Assembly: GCA_040755455.1 (NCBI GenBank)
Contig: JBFMAY010000035.1
Span: forward strand, 1-45,945
Reading direction: 5' to 3'
Length of the DNA stretch: 45,945 nucleotides
Source of the DNA: Thermodesulfobacteriota bacterium
Lineage (GTDB): Bacteria; Desulfobacterota; Desulfobulbia; Desulfobulbales; SURF-16
Numbering within the stretch: position 1 is the stretch's first letter; every line of letters starts with the position of its first letter. The translations under genes were made by a program, and so were the position numbers. Under the pieces are notes generated by a model. The model saw only the letters and a list, made by a program, of their open reading frames with translations. It was not told the origin of the DNA and ran no database searches. Below are positions 33,894-43,861 of this stretch, one piece after another.

Positions 33894-33927
33894 CGTTTCA
33901 ACGTTCGAATGTTGCAACGCTTGAACA
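33894..33927. repeat. Degenerate 8-bp tandem repeat cluster 9
   Basis: cgtttcaa cgttcgaa tgttgcaa cgcttgaa ca. Confidence 0.7.
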
Positions 33928-34202
33928 TCATGCAACGAAGGATTTGCCATTTACGTTGTAGTCAGCAAGCAAATTAATACTATCAGGATAGCAACTCAAC
34001 TTCCATGGCTGAATTACGTTGTTAACCTTTTAGTCTTTGTGTAGATATCAAGAAATTAGTTACGGACTTGTTATGCTACGGGGTTGGGGACGCCCATAAA
34101 ATTATAACCTTATTGGCCAAGTCAGGAACACGCGACCCTCATTTCTGATAATGACCAGTGTTCACCACCACAAAAACAGCCTGTGAAAATTGCGAACCCA
34201 AA

Positions 34203-34703
34203 ATGATCATCAGACCTGAAACACCTACAGATATTGAAGCAATAGACATACTCACCATAGCAGCCTTCAAGAATCATCCGATCAGCCATCAGACGGAACA
34301 ATTCATCATCAAGGCATTGCGTGCTGCCCATGCGCTGACTCTTTCACTGGTTGTGGAGATTGACGGACAGGTGGTGGGCCATATCGCCTTCTCGCCTGTG
34401 GCAATTTCCGATGGCAGCCCAAACTGGCATGGCCTCGGACCGATCAGCGTGCTGCCGGCATATCAACGGCAGGGCATCGGCAAAGCGCTTATGCAGGAAG
34501 GGCTATCCAGGCTGAAAGCCTTGGGCAGCAACGGGTGTGCTCTCGTCGGTGATCCAGGGTTCTATCAACGCTTCGGCTTTCGCAATATTCCGGGTTTCAT
34601 TCATGAGGGTATTCCCCAGGAAGTTTTTCTCGCCCTGCCGTTAGCTGAAAAAATACCGCAAGGCACCGTCGTGTTTCACCAGGGATTTTCAGCAACCAGC
34701 TGA
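34203..34703 (+). CDS. GNAT N-acetyltransferase (YhbS-like)
   Basis: MIIRPET, VVGHIAFSPV, LGPISVLPAYQRQGIGKAL, LVGDPGFYQRFGF. Confidence 0.92.
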   Translation: MIIRPETPTDIEAIDILTIAAFKNHPISHQTEQFIIKALRAAHALTLSLVVEIDGQVVGHIAFSPVAISDGSPNWHGLGPISVLPAYQRQGIGKALMQEGLSRLKALGSNGCALVGDPGFYQRFGFRNIPGFIHEGIPQEVFLALPLAEKIPQGTVVFHQGFSATS

Positions 34704-34733
34704 AATCTAAAATATTTCTTATTGCCGGCCGCT

Positions 34734-36572
34734 ATGAGCAAAAAAATCTCCCCGGAAGACCTCACGAAAATCATTCAGCCCGGTTCGCGGATATATATCG
34801 GCACCGGCTGCAGCGAGCCGATCATTCTGACCAGCCAACTGGTCTTGAAAAAACATCACTTCACCGATTGTGAGATTCTCCATTTCCTCACCCTGTCCGA
34901 CAACAACTTCTTTGCCAGTCAGGAGCCCTCCCCGTTCCGGCATCAGGCCCTGTTTGTCGGCAAATCGATCCGGCAGGCGGTCAATGAGGGCAAGGCCGAT
35001 TATATCCCCATCTCCCTTTCCGACATCCCCAAGCTGGTCAAATCAGGACGGCTGCGGGTCGACGTCGCTCTGCTGCAGGTGAGCCCGCCGGACAAATTCG
35101 GTTTCTGCTCGCTGGGCATCAACGTGGATATCAACCGGACCGTTTTTGAATGCGCCAAGATCGTCATCGCCCAGATCAATCCCCGGATGCCGCGGACCAG
35201 CGGGGACTCCTCTGTCCGTTTTGCCGACATTGATTATTTTGTCGAGCACGAGGCCCCGCTGCTTGAATTTCAGTACCCGCCGCCGGATGAGGTGACGGAA
35301 AAAATCGGCAGGTATTGCGCCCGGCTCATCGAAAACGGCTCCACGCTGCAACTGGGCATCGGGGCCATTCCCAATGCCGTTCTCCGCCATCTGGGGGACA
35401 AAAATGACCTGGCGATCTTCAGTGAAGTCCTGTCCGATTCGGTCATTGATCTCATCGAGTCCGGCAATGTCAACTGCCGGAAGAACATCCACCCCCATGT
35501 GATGATCTCTTTTGTCATCGGCACGAAAAAATTGTATGACTACGTGCACGACAACCCGTTCATCGAGTTCCACCCCGCCTCGCGCATCAATAACCTGGCC
35601 AATATCGCCGCAAACAGCAAGATGGTTTCCATCAACGCCGCCTTGTCCGTTTCGCTGACCGGACAGGTCAACTCGGACAGCATCGGCGCGCATTTCTACA
35701 GCGGGGTGGGGGGACAATTGGATTTCACCAGGGGCGCCGCCCTCTCTGAAGGGGGCAAACCGATCATCTGCCTGCCCAGCGTCACCCATGACGGAAAAAA
35801 ATCACGGATCGTCGCCACCCTGGAGCCGGGATCAGGGGTTGTGGTGCCGAGAAGCGACGTGCATTATGTGGTCACCGAATGGGGGGTCGCCTATCTCCAC
35901 GGCAAGAGCATCAGGGAAAGGGTGATGCAGATGATCGGCATAGCCCATCCAAAATTCCGCAGGGAGTTGCTGGATGAGGCGAAAAGACTGCATTTCGCTT
36001 ACGAGGACCAGATGCTGCCCCAGACCAAGGACGGGGTGGTGGTGGTCTATCCGGAAAAATTCGAATGGCACTTCGCCACCCGCAACCAGATTCCCGTCTT
36101 TTTCCGGCCGGTCAAACCAACGGATGAGAGAATGCTGCAGGAACTTTACTATGAGCTTGATCAGAACGACCGCAAGCTGCGCTTCTTCTCGCCGAAAAGC
36201 ACCTTCCCCCATGAGGAGACCCAGTCAAGCGTCAACGTGGACTATGACTCCGTTTTCGTGCTGGTCGGCCTGGTCGGCACCGCGGAGCAGCAGAAGATTG
36301 TATCCATCGGGGCCTATTATCTTGACCGCTCTCTCAATCTGGCGGAAATCGCCTTCACCGTGACCAAACAGTACCGCAACCAGGGTCTCACCCGGTTCAT
36401 TCTAGACAAGCTCATTGATGTGGCGCGGGAAAAAGGGGTGGCAGGCTTTACCGGCGAGGTGCTCAAAATAAACGAGGCCATGCTCCATATCTTAAAGACC
36501 CTGCCCTATAAAATCTATTTTGAAAGCGAAGAAGACTGCCTGTTCTTTCAATTTTCTTTTGATCAGCAGTAA
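34734..36572 (+). CDS. Acetyl-CoA hydrolase/transferase fused to a C-terminal GNAT domain
   Basis: DVALLQVSPPDKFGFCSLG, TLQLGIGAIPNAV, SGVGGQLDF, VVTEWGVA; GNAT FRPVKPTDE, AEIAFTV...RNQGL. Confidence 0.9.
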   Translation: MSKKISPEDLTKIIQPGSRIYIGTGCSEPIILTSQLVLKKHHFTDCEILHFLTLSDNNFFASQEPSPFRHQALFVGKSIRQAVNEGKADYIPISLSDIPKLVKSGRLRVDVALLQVSPPDKFGFCSLGINVDINRTVFECAKIVIAQINPRMPRTSGDSSVRFADIDYFVEHEAPLLEFQYPPPDEVTEKIGRYCARLIENGSTLQLGIGAIPNAVLRHLGDKNDLAIFSEVLSDSVIDLIESGNVNCRKNIHPHVMISFVIGTKKLYDYVHDNPFIEFHPASRINNLANIAANSKMVSINAALSVSLTGQVNSDSIGAHFYSGVGGQLDFTRGAALSEGGKPIICLPSVTHDGKKSRIVATLEPGSGVVVPRSDVHYVVTEWGVAYLHGKSIRERVMQMIGIAHPKFRRELLDEAKRLHFAYEDQMLPQTKDGVVVVYPEKFEWHFATRNQIPVFFRPVKPTDERMLQELYYELDQNDRKLRFFSPKSTFPHEETQSSVNVDYDSVFVLVGLVGTAEQQKIVSIGAYYLDRSLNLAEIAFTVTKQYRNQGLTRFILDKLIDVAREKGVAGFTGEVLKINEAMLHILKTLPYKIYFESEEDCLFFQFSFDQQ

Positions 36573-36615
36573 CTTGATATTTCCTCGCTGCTGCGAAGAA
36601 TGCCGGTATCGGCCT

Positions 36616-36990
36616 TCAACAACCCCGGCGAGTCTTCTTACGCCATCTCTTTATGGTCTGCAGGATTGATCGCACATAGGCGCATTCGCATTTTGCCGAA
36701 CATGGACTGGTCTCATCCGGGATCAGGCAGAGCCCGGGGCAGCTTTTACTGCCGGTGGCCCTTTCCCGAAAAACGGGACCCCTGTGGAGATGCTGCAGGT
36801 TCTCCACGGTGATGGCCAGAGTCGTGCCGCAGGAATGGTTGAAAAGAAACAGGCCATCGCGCAGATTTTCGAACAGGACCTGATAACCGATGAGCCGCAG
36901 GCACGGGTCTGCCAGAAAATCCGTGTAATCATTCCATATTCTCCGGCAGGAAGGGCACTGTTTAAACACCTGCTCCTGTATCTGCTGCAT
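36616..36990 (-). CDS. Cys-rich hypothetical protein
   Basis: FKQCPSC...LIGYQ...GLFLFNHSCGTTLA...CPGLC...CSAKCECAYVR; possible metal binding. Confidence 0.72.
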   Translation of the reverse strand: MQQIQEQVFKQCPSCRRIWNDYTDFLADPCLRLIGYQVLFENLRDGLFLFNHSCGTTLAITVENLQHLHRGPVFRERATGSKSCPGLCLIPDETSPCSAKCECAYVRSILQTIKRWRKKTRRGC

Positions 36991-37008
36991 TTTGGACCCT
37001 TCTGCTGC

Positions 37009-37299
37009 CTATTTTTCGCACAAGGCCGTAATATCCGCAGCCGGGCCGCTCAGACAGTTGACCAGAGACAGCTGCTCGTCTTTGCTCAGCTGTGCCCCGT
37101 ATGAGACCATGTTGCCCACCGTTCTTTTCCAGGCGCTTTTACTCTTTTGGCCAAGGCTCTCACAAATCCTTGTCTTGTAATGACACACTTCACAGCGTGA
37201 GGTGATCAAGCTTGCGCACTCCTCCCCTGCCACCGCGTTTGCACTGGTAAAAACAACCATACTGACAAAAAAAAATGAAAGAGTTGCTGCGCGAAACAT
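37009..37299 (-). CDS. Small periplasmic monoheme c-type cytochrome-like protein
   Basis: Signal peptide, single CEVCH motif and WKRTVGNM candidate axial Met; GAGGA RBS before ATG 37299. Confidence 0.72.
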   Translation of the reverse strand: MFRAATLSFFFVSMVVFTSANAVAGEECASLITSRCEVCHYKTRICESLGQKSKSAWKRTVGNMVSYGAQLSKDEQLSLVNCLSGPAADITALCEK

Positions 37300-37589
37300 C
37301 ACATTTATCCTCACTGACCATTGCCTGAATTGACGATACTCCTTTATTGCTATGCCAAAACAGCGAAAAATGCAAGAAAAAAATCCTAGCGAATGTCAGG
37401 GACGATACCATTTTTTTCTCCCCGCCCAATTGCAGCAGGTAAAACCAGTCACGCCTGCGGAAGGCGGACCGCCGTTCTCTTTACAAGAAAAACCGCAAAA
37501 AAATAGCATGGTGCAAGCAAAAAATAAGGATTATACTTATCCGAAATCAATGCATCCGCCGTCATCTTACTTTCTGATCGAGGAAGGCC

Positions 37590-38045
37590 ATGAGAAATAA
37601 AATCCTACTGCGTGCAGCCTTTATCATATTTGCCGCAACAATCTTTTTCCATCCTGCCAAACACCTCTCCCATGCCTCTGTCCTTGCCCAGCTGGCCGAG
37701 ACGGAACAGGAGCCCGAATCCGCGGAAATCACCGGCGAGCAGCAGGAACCTGATGTCCTGCCCGAGCAGGAAGAACAGCTGCGGGAGGAAGCGGAAGATC
37801 CCCAGGGGCCATACGAAGAGTATGTGCCTGAACCAGGTGATGAGGAGAACCAGCCCCAGGAGCCCTCCGAGGAGTATGTGCCTGAGCCGGGTGATGAGGA
37901 GAACCTGCCCCAGGAGCCCTCAGAGGAGTATGTGCCTGAGCCGGGTGATGAGGGGAACCAGCCCCAGGAGCCCTCCGAGGAATACGCCCCCGAACAGGGA
38001 GATGATGAAGAACAGCAGCCGGAAGCGGCAGAAAGCGAAAATTAA
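37590..38045 (+). CDS. Secreted acidic low-complexity repeat protein
   Basis: N-terminal hydrophobic signal followed by an E/P/Q-rich region with 18-aa repeats. Confidence 0.75.
   Translation: MRNKILLRAAFIIFAATIFFHPAKHLSHASVLAQLAETEQEPESAEITGEQQEPDVLPEQEEQLREEAEDPQGPYEEYVPEPGDEENQPQEPSEEYVPEPGDEENLPQEPSEEYVPEPGDEGNQPQEPSEEYAPEQGDDEEQQPEAAESEN
37815..38013 (+). repeat. 54-bp coding tandem repeat (3 full copies plus 1 diverged partial)
   Basis: Units start at 37815, 37869, 37923 and 37977 and encode EEYVPEPGDEENQPQEPS. Confidence 0.92.
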
Positions 38046-38172
38046 CCTACCTGTTTTTCTATTGCAGTGGTTCATGCCATGTCTTCCTTGCCGGCCTCGT
38101 AAACGGGGCAACAGGCAATACACTGTGCAACCAGTGGCAAAGCCAGGTCAAATTGTAGTATAGTGGCACATC

Positions 38173-39138
38173 ATGACTTCGCCTCAATCCACCCCACAGA
38201 CCGCTGCTCCGGCAACCGGCGACGGAATGGTTGTCCAGGTCAACGGCCTCAGCAAATTCTTCGGCAGCCGTTGCGCGGTGGACAATATCAGCTTTGCCGT
38301 CCGCCAGGGGGAATGCGTCGGCTTCCTGGGTCCGAACGGGGCGGGCAAGACCACGACCATCAACATGCTGCTGGGCCTGGTGGAAAAAAGCGGTGGGACC
38401 ATGCGCATCCTGGATATGGACATCCCGAGGCAGCATCAGGCGGCCAAGCGCCTCATCGGCGTCGTGCCCCAGGCCGACAGCCTGGACCCGGACCTGACGG
38501 TGGAAGAGAACCTGCTGACCTATGCCAGCTATTTCAATATCACCGGCCGGAAGGCCCGCGCCAGGTCCGCCGAACTCCTGCAGTTCTTCGCCCTGGCCAA
38601 CAGACGAAAAGAGATCATCGAGCACCTCTCCGGCGGCCAGCGCCGCCGCCTGCTCCTGGCCAGGGCACTGATCAACGAGCCGCAGCTGCTCATCCTCGAT
38701 GAGCCGACCGTGGGGCTTGATCCCCAGGCCCGCCATCTCATCTGGGAGCGCCTGGAAATCCTGCAGCAGCAGGGCACCACCATGCTGCTCACCAGCCATT
38801 ATCTGGACGAGGTGGAACACCTGAGCAACCGGGTGCTCATTCTCGACCACGGCAGGATCGTGGCCCAGGGCGTTCCCCAGCAGCTGATCACGGAACTGGT
38901 GGGCATCGATGTCTTCGTCATTGAGGGTACGGCGGCAGAACTTGACGTCCTGGAAAAATCCTTCAAACAGTGCCATGCCACCACGGAACGGGTCAACGAC
39001 CGACTGTACGCTTACACCCAGGAGGATTGCAGCCGGCTGGAATCCCTGCTGAAACACTCCCGCAGCTGGCTGCGCCGGCCGGCCAACCTGGAAGATCTCT
39101 TTATTCAACTCACCGGCAGATCATTAAGGGAATCATGA
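38173..39138 (+). CDS. ABC transporter ATP-binding protein (NodI-like)
   Basis: GPNGAGKTT, LSGGQRRR, LILDEPTVGLDPQARHLIWERL, RRPANLEDLF. Confidence 0.93.
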   Translation: MTSPQSTPQTAAPATGDGMVVQVNGLSKFFGSRCAVDNISFAVRQGECVGFLGPNGAGKTTTINMLLGLVEKSGGTMRILDMDIPRQHQAAKRLIGVVPQADSLDPDLTVEENLLTYASYFNITGRKARARSAELLQFFALANRRKEIIEHLSGGQRRRLLLARALINEPQLLILDEPTVGLDPQARHLIWERLEILQQQGTTMLLTSHYLDEVEHLSNRVLILDHGRIVAQGVPQQLITELVGIDVFVIEGTAAELDVLEKSFKQCHATTERVNDRLYAYTQEDCSRLESLLKHSRSWLRRPANLEDLFIQLTGRSLRES

Positions 39139-39893
39139 ACCACCTGCGTTTCTGGACTCTGTGGCTGCGCAACAGCCGGGTGTGGCGCAAACATATCATG
39201 GCCACCCTGATCGGCAATCTGGGCCAGCCCCTGCTCTTTCTGCTGGCCATGGGCTACGGCCTGGGCCACGAGATGCAGACCATCGACGGCCTGACCTACC
39301 TGCAGTTTCTGGCGCCCGGCCTGGTCACCTCCTCGGTCATGTACAGCGCTGCCTTTGAAACCACCTACGGCTCCTATACCCGGCTCTCCATGCAGAAGAC
39401 CTACGAGGCCATTCTCATGACCCCGCTGGGCATTACGGATATCGCCCTGGGGGAGATCTGCTGGGGCGCCAGCAAGGGGTTGCTGTCAGCCATCATCATG
39501 CTGGCAATGCTGCCCCTGTTCGGGGTCTGGCCCTCGGTCTGGATCTTGGCCCTGCTGCCCGTGCTGTTCATGTCCGGGGTTTTCTTCGCCGCCTTCGGGC
39601 TGATCATGACCGCCCTGGCCAGCAGCTATGAATTCTTCAATTATTTTATTTCGCTTATCCTGACCCCGCTTTTTCTCTTTTCCGGCATCTTCTTCCCGCT
39701 CAAGACCATTGCCCCGTCGGCCCGGACATTTTTTGAACTGTTGCCGCTCACCCCCACTGTTACCCTCTCCCGCATGCTCTGTTACGGCCAGTTCCATGAG
39801 CCATGGCTGCTCAAAATCGCGGGATCGCTTCTCCTGACCCTTTTTACCTGCTGGCTGTCCGTCTTTTTTTTGCGCAAGCGGCTGATCCAGTAA
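39135..39893 (+). CDS. ABC-2 type permease (NodJ-like)
   Basis: YLQFLAPGL, AAFETTYGSY, PLFLFSGIFFP; ATGA overlap with the ATPase gene. Confidence 0.92.
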   Translation: MNHLRFWTLWLRNSRVWRKHIMATLIGNLGQPLLFLLAMGYGLGHEMQTIDGLTYLQFLAPGLVTSSVMYSAAFETTYGSYTRLSMQKTYEAILMTPLGITDIALGEICWGASKGLLSAIIMLAMLPLFGVWPSVWILALLPVLFMSGVFFAAFGLIMTALASSYEFFNYFISLILTPLFLFSGIFFPLKTIAPSARTFFELLPLTPTVTLSRMLCYGQFHEPWLLKIAGSLLLTLFTCWLSVFFLRKRLIQ

Positions 39894-40006
39894 TGCTGGT
39901 TGACGAGAGATACGCCGCCAATCTGCTAGCAGCAAAAAAATGAAATATGCTTATCGATTGCTGCAATCATTAGGCGAAACCCTTAACATGACAAAGGAAC
40001 CACTTC

Positions 40007-40906
40007 ATGCCGCCACTCAAACACCCATTTTCCCGGTTTCCCAGCGCCCTGGAAGATGCTCACGCCTCAAGCATCTGCGCCCCTTCCCCGCAGACCGCCT
40101 CACCCAGTTACAAGCTGTCCTACACGGATACCGACTTTATCATGCGGGATGAACTGCGGCCGGTGCGGCTGCAGCTTGAATTGATGAAGCCGGAGCTTGT
40201 CCAGCACGAACACGGCATCACGGCCACGGTTGTCGTGTTTGGCGGCAGCAGGGTGCCGGATGAGGAAACCGCCGAAAAACGGCTGGAAGAGGCGGAAAGA
40301 CTGGCCGCAGGCGATCCGGCAAACGAGATTTTCAGGAAAAAAGTGGCGGCGGCCAGACGGATACTGGCCAAGTCACACTATTACGAAGAGGCCAGAAAGC
40401 TTGGCCGGATTCTCTCGGAAACCTGCCACGCCAGAACAGGCTGCAGACTGGTGGTCATCACCGGCGGCGGACCGGGCATTATGGAGGCGGCCAACCGCGG
40501 CGCCTTTGATGCAGGCGCCAAGACCATGGGCCTCAATATTGTCCTGCCCCATGAGCAGGCCCCCAACCCGTATATCACCCCGGATCTGAGCTTCCAGTTT
40601 CATTATTTTTCCATACGAAAAATGCATTTTCTCATGCGGGCCCAGGCCCTGGTTGCCTTTCCGGGAGGCTTCTGCACCCTTGACGAACTGTTCGAAACCC
40701 TCACCCTGATCCAGACAAAAAAAATCAAACCCCTGCCGGTGCTCCTCTTTGGCCGCCAGTTCTGGGAAAAACTGCTCAATTTTGATTTTCTGGTGGAGGA
40801 AGGGGTTATTGCCCCGGAAGACCTTGATATCTTTCAGTTCGTCGATACTGCCGAAGAGGCGGGCCGGATCATTTTCGACTATTTCAATGCAAACGACCGC
40901 CATTGA
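40007..40906 (+). CDS. LOG-family (Rossmann fold, TIGR00730-like) protein
   Basis: LRPVRLQLE, VVFGGSR, TGGGPGIMEAANRGA, LPHEQAPNPY, FHYFSIRKMHF, PGGFCTLDELFE. Confidence 0.92.
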   Translation: MPPLKHPFSRFPSALEDAHASSICAPSPQTASPSYKLSYTDTDFIMRDELRPVRLQLELMKPELVQHEHGITATVVVFGGSRVPDEETAEKRLEEAERLAAGDPANEIFRKKVAAARRILAKSHYYEEARKLGRILSETCHARTGCRLVVITGGGPGIMEAANRGAFDAGAKTMGLNIVLPHEQAPNPYITPDLSFQFHYFSIRKMHFLMRAQALVAFPGGFCTLDELFETLTLIQTKKIKPLPVLLFGRQFWEKLLNFDFLVEEGVIAPEDLDIFQFVDTAEEAGRIIFDYFNANDRH

Positions 40907-40950
40907 CCAGCAACCTGCGCTGCCGGCATTTTTTGTTGCGGATATCCCGG

Positions 40951-41757
40951 TCAGCGCCTGACCATGGACAAGGCCTGACTGGGGCAACTGTTGCGGCAAA
41001 GCCCGCAGCCGAAACATTGCGTTTGGCTGATCACGGCTTTAAACCCGTCCGCCACCTGGCAGCTGGTGATGGCCGAGAATTGGCAGGCATCGGCACAGGC
41101 CCCGCAGCCGTTGCACAGCGCCTCGTCCAGCGCGGCCACCATCTCTCCGCGGAACATGGTTTCCACATCAAGGGACAGGGTGCGCAGGCCGAGGCAATCA
41201 CCGGGCTGACAGTTGCAGATTGCCCCGATAAAGGGGGTCATCATGGTCCAGATGGTATGCACCGCGCCGGATTTTTCCAGCTCCTCCATCTGGGCGATGG
41301 CCTGCTCCGGGGGCAGGGATTCCAGGCCTTCATCCTGGGCCAGGCCGAAATAACCCATATCCAGATCGCCGTACCAGCACTCGGGCGAATAGCTGACGCT
41401 GTAACAGCAGCGGTTTTCCTTCTTCATGGCCGCCCAGCGGCAGGCACAAGGCATGCGGACCACGGTGGCGGCCCTGCCGACTATTTCCCGGATGTCTTCA
41501 ATGGTCACCACCTGGCCGAAATGCTCTTCCCGGGCCTTGGCCACCATCTGACTGACCAGCCGTTGCGGCAACGCCTTCTTCTTCTGATACAGCACCTCGA
41601 GCCGGCCCAGGGTGACCACCCCGGCATCGATGGTGGACATGAAAAAATCCTTGATGTAGTCCCGGCGCCGCAGGTCTGCCAGCAGATCATTGGCATAATT
41701 GGCGGCATTTTTGAACCAGATCTTGCCGTCCCCGTGCTTGGTGCAGAATTCACACAT
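40951..41757 (-). CDS. 4Fe-4S ferredoxin-domain protein
   Basis: MCEFCTKHG, MPCACR, GAICNC, and two C-terminal ferredoxin motifs (CNGCGACADAC, CFGCGLCRNSCP). Confidence 0.88.
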   Translation of the reverse strand: MCEFCTKHGDGKIWFKNAANYANDLLADLRRRDYIKDFFMSTIDAGVVTLGRLEVLYQKKKALPQRLVSQMVAKAREEHFGQVVTIEDIREIVGRAATVVRMPCACRWAAMKKENRCCYSVSYSPECWYGDLDMGYFGLAQDEGLESLPPEQAIAQMEELEKSGAVHTIWTMMTPFIGAICNCQPGDCLGLRTLSLDVETMFRGEMVAALDEALCNGCGACADACQFSAITSCQVADGFKAVISQTQCFGCGLCRNSCPSQALSMVRR

Positions 41758-41781
41758 GATAATGTCCTTGCAGCAGGCAGC

Positions 41782-43752
41782 CTATGCCTTTGTCTCTTTG
41801 AGGATCCTGCTGAAGGTCGAGCTCAGCTCATGGATCTTGTATGGTTTGGGCACAACGCCGCAAAAGCCATACGCTTGGTAGTTGGCCATGATGGGATCAT
41901 TGGCGTAGCCGCTCGACACCACCGCCTTGACCTCAGGATCAATGGCCCGCAGTTTCACGATCGCCTCCTTGCCGCCCATGCCGCCCGCGATGGTAAGGTC
42001 CATCAGCACGGCATCAAAGGGCTTTCCCTCCTCTTTAGCTTTGATATAAAGCTCAATCGCCTCACGGCCGTCCTTGGCCGCCGCGGTTTCACAGCCGATG
42101 TAGTCCAGCATCTCAATGGCTATCTCCCGGACGATTTCCTCATCATCCATGATCAGCACCCGGCCGTGGCTGATGGTGCTTGTTTCCTCATACACTTTCT
42201 GCACGGTGGCCGGCTTGTCGGAGGCCGGCAGATAGATGATGAAGGTTGATCCTTTGCCGGGCTCCGAATCAACCGTGATAATGCCGTCATGCTTTTTGAT
42301 GATTGCATAGGCGATGGTCAGACCGAGCCCGCTTCCTGTTTGCTTGCTGGAGAAATAGGGGTCAAAAATCTTGGTGATATGCTCCTGGGGTATGCCTGCC
42401 CCCTCATCATGAAAGGCGAGTTTTATATATCGGCCCGCCGGCAGAGTCAACAGATTATGGGGGGCAAGGTTAACATTGCTGGCGTGAATGGTTAGAATGC
42501 CGCCGGAAGGCATGGCCTGACTGGCATTGATGACCAGATTCTGGGTGACCTGGCTGAGCTGGCCCTCGTCCACCTCAATGGGCCACAGATCAACTGCCAG
42601 GTCATACACACACATCACCTGTGAGCCCCGCAGGATAAAACTGGTGGAGTCCTTGATCAGCTCGGTAATGGTGGTGGTTTTCTTGATCGGCGCCCCTCCC
42701 TTGGAAAAGGTGAGCAACTGCTGGGTCAAGGTCCTGGCCTGCAGACAGGCCTTTTCCGTCATGTCGAGACGTTTGTAGACCTCGTCCTGGCGGTTGAGAT
42801 ACATCTTGGCCAGCGAGATATTGCCCAGGATGGCGGTGAGGAGATTGTTGAAATCATGAGCAATGCCGCCGGCAAAAACCCCGACAGATTCCAGCTTCTG
42901 CGCCTTGAGCAGTTCCTCCTCCATCTTCTTTTTCTCGGTGACATCGCGGAAAATGCACTGGGTGGAAACGGGCTTGCCGTCCTGGAACTTGCAGCAGGCG
43001 TTGCCCTCGATGATGATCTTTCTGCCCTCCTTGGAGACAAAAACCGTATCGATATAGTGGACATCCTCTTCAGAGATGACCTGTGTGAACAGTTGCTGGC
43101 AATGATCATGGCAATCAGGGGAGATGAGATCAAAGATGGAGAGCCCCTCGATTTCCTCCTCACTGTAGCCGAAGGTCTGCCGCCACGCCTTGTTCACGTA
43201 GAGGAGACGGCCATCAGGCCGGACGATCTGGATCAAATCATGGGCATTTTCAAAGAGATCCCGGTAGCGCCGTTCACTCTCCCGGAGGGCCAGCTCATTG
43301 CGGGTCCGCTCGCTGACATCCCTGAAGATGCCGGTCATGGCCACCGGCCGGCCATCCTTGACCCGCGTCCGGCAGCTGCCCTCAACCACTATTTTTTCCC
43401 CGTGCTTGCCAACAAAAATCGTTTCGTTGCGGTCAAGAGGCTGGCCGTCAAGCAGGCATTTGAAGATGTGGCGGCATCTCTCCCTGTATGGTTCATCAAC
43501 AATGTCCATCAGTTTCAACCTGGCGATGTCCTGTTCACTGTAGCCGAGGACCTCGCGCCACGCCCGATTGACGTATAAAAAGGTGCCATCCGGAGTGACA
43601 CTGTGAATGAGGTCGCTGGCATTATCGACCACATCACTGTAGCGCTCCACGGCTTCCTCCAGGGCAAGGATCGTTTCCTGACGCGCCCTGCTCTGCTGCT
43701 CAAGCTGCCTGATTCTTTCTGCTAACTGTTCATAAGTTGGTTTCCCGTCCAT
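41782..43752 (-). CDS. PAS-PAS hybrid sensor histidine kinase / receiver
   Basis: KAQKLESVGVFAGGIAHDFNNLL, NLVINASQAM, DEGAGI, GSGLGL, VLIMDDE, MDLTI. Start uncertain (43752, 43809 or 43842). Confidence 0.92.
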   Translation of the reverse strand: MDGKPTYEQLAERIRQLEQQSRARQETILALEEAVERYSDVVDNASDLIHSVTPDGTFLYVNRAWREVLGYSEQDIARLKLMDIVDEPYRERCRHIFKCLLDGQPLDRNETIFVGKHGEKIVVEGSCRTRVKDGRPVAMTGIFRDVSERTRNELALRESERRYRDLFENAHDLIQIVRPDGRLLYVNKAWRQTFGYSEEEIEGLSIFDLISPDCHDHCQQLFTQVISEEDVHYIDTVFVSKEGRKIIIEGNACCKFQDGKPVSTQCIFRDVTEKKKMEEELLKAQKLESVGVFAGGIAHDFNNLLTAILGNISLAKMYLNRQDEVYKRLDMTEKACLQARTLTQQLLTFSKGGAPIKKTTTITELIKDSTSFILRGSQVMCVYDLAVDLWPIEVDEGQLSQVTQNLVINASQAMPSGGILTIHASNVNLAPHNLLTLPAGRYIKLAFHDEGAGIPQEHITKIFDPYFSSKQTGSGLGLTIAYAIIKKHDGIITVDSEPGKGSTFIIYLPASDKPATVQKVYEETSTISHGRVLIMDDEEIVREIAIEMLDYIGCETAAAKDGREAIELYIKAKEEGKPFDAVLMDLTIAGGMGGKEAIVKLRAIDPEVKAVVSSGYANDPIMANYQAYGFCGVVPKPYKIHELSSTFSRILKETKA

Positions 43753-43861
43753 CAGGAAGATCTCCGCTATCGACTGCGTGACACCGGGCACGCAGTCATG
43801 TTTTGACATTGATGCAGAATACTCGTCACATCCACCATGCACAAACCATCCTCCAGCAAAA

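Noticed and set aside
33950..34200. AT-rich stretch before the GNAT gene as an integron, dif or IS-end site
   Set aside because: No convincing attC, XerC/D or terminal inverted repeat pair, and no integrase or transposase nearby.
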